Assembly: GCA_947307295.1 (NCBI GenBank)
Contig: CAMZIQ010000002.1
Location: 8,447 to 72,446 of the forward strand
Direction: 5' to 3'
Length of the DNA: 64,000 bases
Origin: an uncultured Pseudomonadota bacterium
GTDB lineage: Bacteria; Pseudomonadota; Alphaproteobacteria; Rs-D84
The position numbers and the translations under genes are program-made. Every line of letters starts with the position of its first letter. Within the stretch, counting starts at the first letter, position 1. Below the pieces are notes generated by a model. It was not told the DNA's origin, searched no databases, and was given only the letters and a program-made list of their open reading frames with translations. Positions 61,701 to 64,000 of this stretch are shown piece by piece.

Positions 61701-61759
61701 ATAAATTCACAACAACAATTGAAGATTACAATTTTGCAATTGATATTGAAAAAGCGTAA
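58730..61759 (+). CDS. ileS: Isoleucyl-tRNA synthetase, type 2 (eukaryote-like)
   Basis: PPFANGLPHWGHLG (HIGH region) and KFSKSLKN (KMSKS). About 1009 aa from MLYKKTEPKVNF. Confidence 0.93.
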   Translation: MLYKKTEPKVNFAELEHQVLDFWREDDTFHKSLERTKMGEEFNFYDGPPFANGLPHWGHLGVSTIKDMVSRFHTMNGKHVVRELGWDCHGLPAETAVEKQEGRTAKNIVAEDGIDVFCDMCRTSVTTYSNEWLRFVERIGRWVDGGDDFGYRTMDKNYMESVIWGLKQLYDKGLLYKDFKVNPFDWKLGTVLSNSEASSEYQDVVDDTVTVWFELENGDRAIAWTTTPWTLPANSALAVNPNMEYVRLRHEDGHVYVLAESRVKAYDKIFANAENLGTIKGSELVGLHYKPIFNYYENSDRLLHQIISADYVSDSDGTGIVHIAPAFGEEDYWAAKAVDSKFPVILNVDDYGNFDKTVTDWAGENIFEANPKIIDWLRGHGILVKKDQHKHSYPFGPRSKEKLIYRATDAWYVDVPKIRDRLIEITKTQTTWTSAGNRFMAWIENAREWGITRNRYWGVPLPIWEKDGQYKVFGSIKEMEDFFGVKIDDLHRPTLDKLTKDGWHRITDVLDCWFESGSMPFAHLHYPFENQDKFKKTFPASYIIEANEQTRGWFYGLMVMAVALFDKPAFRVVSCNGIICDENKRKFSKSLKNYVDPSEQLETYGADAIRLFIQGSNFLKAEPVGVDKEGKVFNDTIKTILTPLWNAYHFFTLYANAGNITVDKEPDGENLLDKYILAELNELIKTTTKSLSDYKPDIAVKEFVRFLDILNNWYIRRNRDRFWDEDESAFETLHYVLVMFCKCLAPFAPFISEYIFKNLTGLESVHLEDWPIPTNTDEKILQDMRRVQMIVSTGKQLREQYKLRNRLPLNDVTIAGVNMEEYADIIKDELNVKEVKFIENINSVADSFVYLITPKIGSRLGGALKDIIPAVKRGDYTLDGDKLIVGEYALNADEFENRLTVKEGVTGSALPDNTAVVVLDTEINGELIAEGLANDALRFIQDSRKAAGLDVSDRIKVVFTADSGLFRAIEAHKKRIMHDALIVEMNFGMADKFTTTIEDYNFAIDIEKA

Positions 61760-61772
61760 AAAAGGGGCACAT

Positions 61773-62063
61773 ATGAATAAAAAAATAATATGGATTATAT
61801 TAGCTGTCATATTGGCTTTGTTATTGATTTATAACAAATTCATAAGTATTAATTTTGTGTCAGATGCGGAGCATACAAACGTTTCGTCATATACAACATA
61901 TTCAAATTGCGTTTATATTAATTCAGAAATCAAATGTAAATGTAATATTGTTTTGGGTGATGAAGAAGAACGATATGAATACAATAATACCTTGTCTGGC
62001 GATGATTGTGATATTTGTTCAAAATTGTGTAAAGATTACGCAGAATCTTTGGTGAAACAATAA
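61773..62063 (+). CDS. Small membrane-anchored Cys-rich protein (96 aa)
   Basis: MNKKIIWIILAVILALLLIY anchor with an AAGGGG RBS. The exported part contains 7 Cys. Confidence 0.45.
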   Translation: MNKKIIWIILAVILALLLIYNKFISINFVSDAEHTNVSSYTTYSNCVYINSEIKCKCNIVLGDEEERYEYNNTLSGDDCDICSKLCKDYAESLVKQ

Positions 62064-62719
62064 TGATAAGACCGGATATTTATTTTGAAAATGTTTGTCC
62101 GACATTGAATATGAATATCCGGTCAGAGTTATATTCTGTAAATGAATTTACTTTTGCTGTGGCGGTGATTTTATCTGCTCAGGCAACTGATAAGAAAGTA
62201 AATGAAGTGACACCTGCCCTTTTTAAAATTGCGCCGACACCTGATAAAATGTTGGAATTAGGTTTAGATGAACTTAAAAAGCATATACGGGTTATTTCTT
62301 TCTTTAATAACAAAGCGAATAATATCATAAAACTAGCCGCACAATTAAAAGATAAAACCAGCAATAACCTAGATTATAAATTCCCGCAAAAATATCATAA
62401 TCGATGTGAATTAATGAAATTGGCTGGTGTTGGACAAAAAACTGCGAATGTTATTATGAACGTTTTGTGGAATGCGCCGAACATAGGAGTTGATACGCAT
62501 GTTTTTAGACTTTCTCACAGATTTGGTTGGACGAACGAAGCTGATAATACGCCAGAAAAGGTGGAAGAAAAATTATTAAAGTTCATACCCAAAAAATATC
62601 ATCCTATTGTAAATCATGTAATGGTTTTACATGGGCGTTATACCTGTAAAGCGCTTCGCCCAAACTGTGCAAATTGCCCGGTTCAAAAATGGTGTAATGC
62701 GAAAGATAAAAAAATGTAA
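62063..62719 (+). CDS. nth: Endonuclease III
   Basis: HhH element LMKLAGVGQKTANVIMN and a 4Fe-4S cluster loop CKALRPNCANCPVQKWC. Confidence 0.9.
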   Translation: MIRPDIYFENVCPTLNMNIRSELYSVNEFTFAVAVILSAQATDKKVNEVTPALFKIAPTPDKMLELGLDELKKHIRVISFFNNKANNIIKLAAQLKDKTSNNLDYKFPQKYHNRCELMKLAGVGQKTANVIMNVLWNAPNIGVDTHVFRLSHRFGWTNEADNTPEKVEEKLLKFIPKKYHPIVNHVMVLHGRYTCKALRPNCANCPVQKWCNAKDKKM

Positions 62720-62723
62720 AAAA

Positions 62724-62751
62724 CACCCGCTGATTTTTCAGCGGGTTTTTT
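62724..62751. terminator. Bidirectional terminator after nth
   Basis: Hairpin ACCCGCTGA-N5-TCAGCGGGT followed by a T-run. Confidence 0.8.
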
Positions 62752-62778
62752 GGGTAGAGAGAAGAACATACCCAAAAC

Positions 62779-63525
62779 TTACATACCGCCTGGTTCACAA
62801 TCAAAGGTCACGCACGAACCATTACTCCACCGACACGCACAATTCATCCTACCTTTTTGACCACTTTTGTTACAGGTTTCTTGGTCCGTGACACTTGCAC
62901 AACTTTCAACTAAATTATAACACATGGGACCCGTGAGCTTGAAACAACCGGGGGTTGAACGACATTCTAAACCAGTTAATAAAGAACAATCTGGTTGTGC
63001 CATTACTTTTATCGTCCATCCATCAAATATTAACCCTGGTGCGGGCGGTGTTGGTTCTGGTGGTAAAGTCATGGTTCCACCATATTCACAAGATTGTGCG
63101 TTGCTTGGAACCGTTAATTGCGTATCGCCATTATACCAAGTAAGAGAAACAGTATTCACCATTTCATATTGTGCAATAATTCGAACATCTATACTTGGAA
63201 TCTCTATAACATCTCCTGGTTGATATACACCATATGGTTCAAAAACACCAACATCGTTTTCATACATTACCAACCAGCCAGAAAACACCTCGTCAGTTAG
63301 GTCACAATCAGCTAACACATTATCACCTTCTAATTCATACGGTTCAGACGCGAGTTGCCAGCCTATCGTAAAAGCATCGTCAACATTGTATGAAAATTCG
63401 TCACAATAGTATGCCATTCTAGCGTCACCTAGTATTAACAATGCCATTGCATCGTGGGTATAACCAACATATAACCCAATACACACAACCGTATATGCAA
63501 AAAATCTGGTTAATAAACGTCTCAT
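62779..63525 (-). CDS. Secreted Cys-rich protein with Listeria/Bacteroides-type (InlB B-repeat, Flg_new-like) repeats
   Basis: Start at MRRLLTRFF... with an AAGGGGG RBS. Two repeat signatures (...EVFSGWLV... and ...GLIFDGWTI...). The C-terminal 70 aa contain about 12 Cys. G+C is visibly higher than in neighbouring genes. Confidence 0.45.
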   Translation of the reverse strand: MRRLLTRFFAYTVVCIGLYVGYTHDAMALLILGDARMAYYCDEFSYNVDDAFTIGWQLASEPYELEGDNVLADCDLTDEVFSGWLVMYENDVGVFEPYGVYQPGDVIEIPSIDVRIIAQYEMVNTVSLTWYNGDTQLTVPSNAQSCEYGGTMTLPPEPTPPAPGLIFDGWTIKVMAQPDCSLLTGLECRSTPGCFKLTGPMCYNLVESCASVTDQETCNKSGQKGRMNCACRWSNGSCVTFDCEPGGM

Positions 63526-63772
63526 ACATCCCCCTTTTGCGTTAAAACAAATAACCGCCGAAAAATCAGGGCGGTTGGAGGCTAGAAACAATTTGAAGTT
63601 AAATTGCGCGCTTATTTTGCGTATGCATTATTCGCGTCCCTCCAACCAATTGGCTGGAGATTTTTAACGTCTATCCAAAGACGAACTTCAACTGGGTTTC
63701 TAGTCCCATCGGAAAAACTCTTCCCGACACGCGAATTTTATCACAAAACAATATTTAAAAAAAGAATATTTT
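63526..63772 (-). promoter_or_regulatory. Highly structured intergenic leader (nested inverted repeats plus a terminator-like hairpin)
   Basis: Inverted repeats at 63582-63600 / 63684-63703, a palindrome at 63640-63659, GGTTGGAGG / CCTCCAACC alternative pairing, and the hairpin AACCGCC-N10-GGCGGTT at 63553-63576. Confidence 0.4.
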
Positions 63773-64000
63773 TTATTCATACCTTAAACTGTCAATCGGA
63801 TTTAATTTAGCAGCTTTTATAGCAGGCATTACCCCAGAAGACAACCCTACAACTACTGCGACCGTGACAGACAATATAACCGGCCAAATAGAAAAAGGAA
63901 CATCATAGTGCAATATAAAACGACCGACACCTTGGGACAAACCTACGCCCAACACCAAACCTATCATAGAACCAATAAAAGATATCATTACTGATTCAGA
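63773..64000 (-). CDS. FtsX-like ABC transporter permease (MacB/LolC type), C-terminal part; the gene continues beyond the window
   Basis: ...SVMISFIGSMIGLVLGVGLS...VVGLSSGVMPAIKAAKLNPIDSLRYE is a typical FtsX-domain C-terminus. Confidence 0.7.
   Translation of the reverse strand, partial: SESVMISFIGSMIGLVLGVGLSQGVGRFILHYDVPFSIWPVILSVTVAVVVGLSSGVMPAIKAAKLNPIDSLRYE

Noticed and set aside
63526-63772. Assigning this leader to a specific known riboswitch class (TPP, SAM-II, glycine, fluoride, ZTP, cobalamin).
   Set aside because: None of the signature sequences I remember for these classes is present, so it stays unclassified.

Overview
AT-rich bacterial chromosome segment, roughly one-third G+C by eye. 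Gene content fits a reduced, probably host-associated alphaproteobacterium (Rickettsiales/Holosporales-like), but the taxon cannot be proven from this window. Supporting features are a zinc-less type-B L36, a eukaryote-like type-2 IleS, an orphan virB3-virB4 pair, DUF374-lpxK-lpxC, mreCD-mrdA-rodA and ftsQ-ftsA. I support about 60 CDS, 3 tRNAs (Thr-GGU, Met-CAU, initiator fMet-CAU) and many clean rho-independent terminators. I see no rRNA, CRISPR array, transposase or integrase. Housekeeping genes: lolC/E, ftsQ, ftsA, rpe, tsaE, uvrB, aspS, rfbD, ung, gyrB, lpxC, lpxK, ychF, rpmJ, dnaG, topA, rodA, mrdA, mreD, mreC, rpmI, rplT, pheS, pheT, ileS, nth. Accessory content: (1) a type IVb-pilus-like pilO/P/Q/R module with no pilin, and a secretin-like lipoprotein more than 20 kb away. 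(2) virB3-virB4 followed by two tandem secreted HExxH paralogues. (3) A 1642-aa ORF with an M48-like peptidase motif and an ABC1/UbiB kinase-like domain. (4) A G+C-richer Cys-rich protein with Listeria/Bacteroides-type repeats. Most unusual: both CAU tRNA genes are followed by small integrase-less islands. Each island ends in a displaced tRNA 3'-half that is broken inside the T-loop by homologous 70-85 nt G+C-rich inserts; two more such units lie in tandem beside tRNA-Met. Also notable: ftsA and rpe are fused in frame across an A8 run, ileS has a promoter / MNKRAIIIIK mini-ORF / terminator leader, and a four-segment attenuator-like structure sits near the window end. All calls rest on motif reading by eye; no searches were run.
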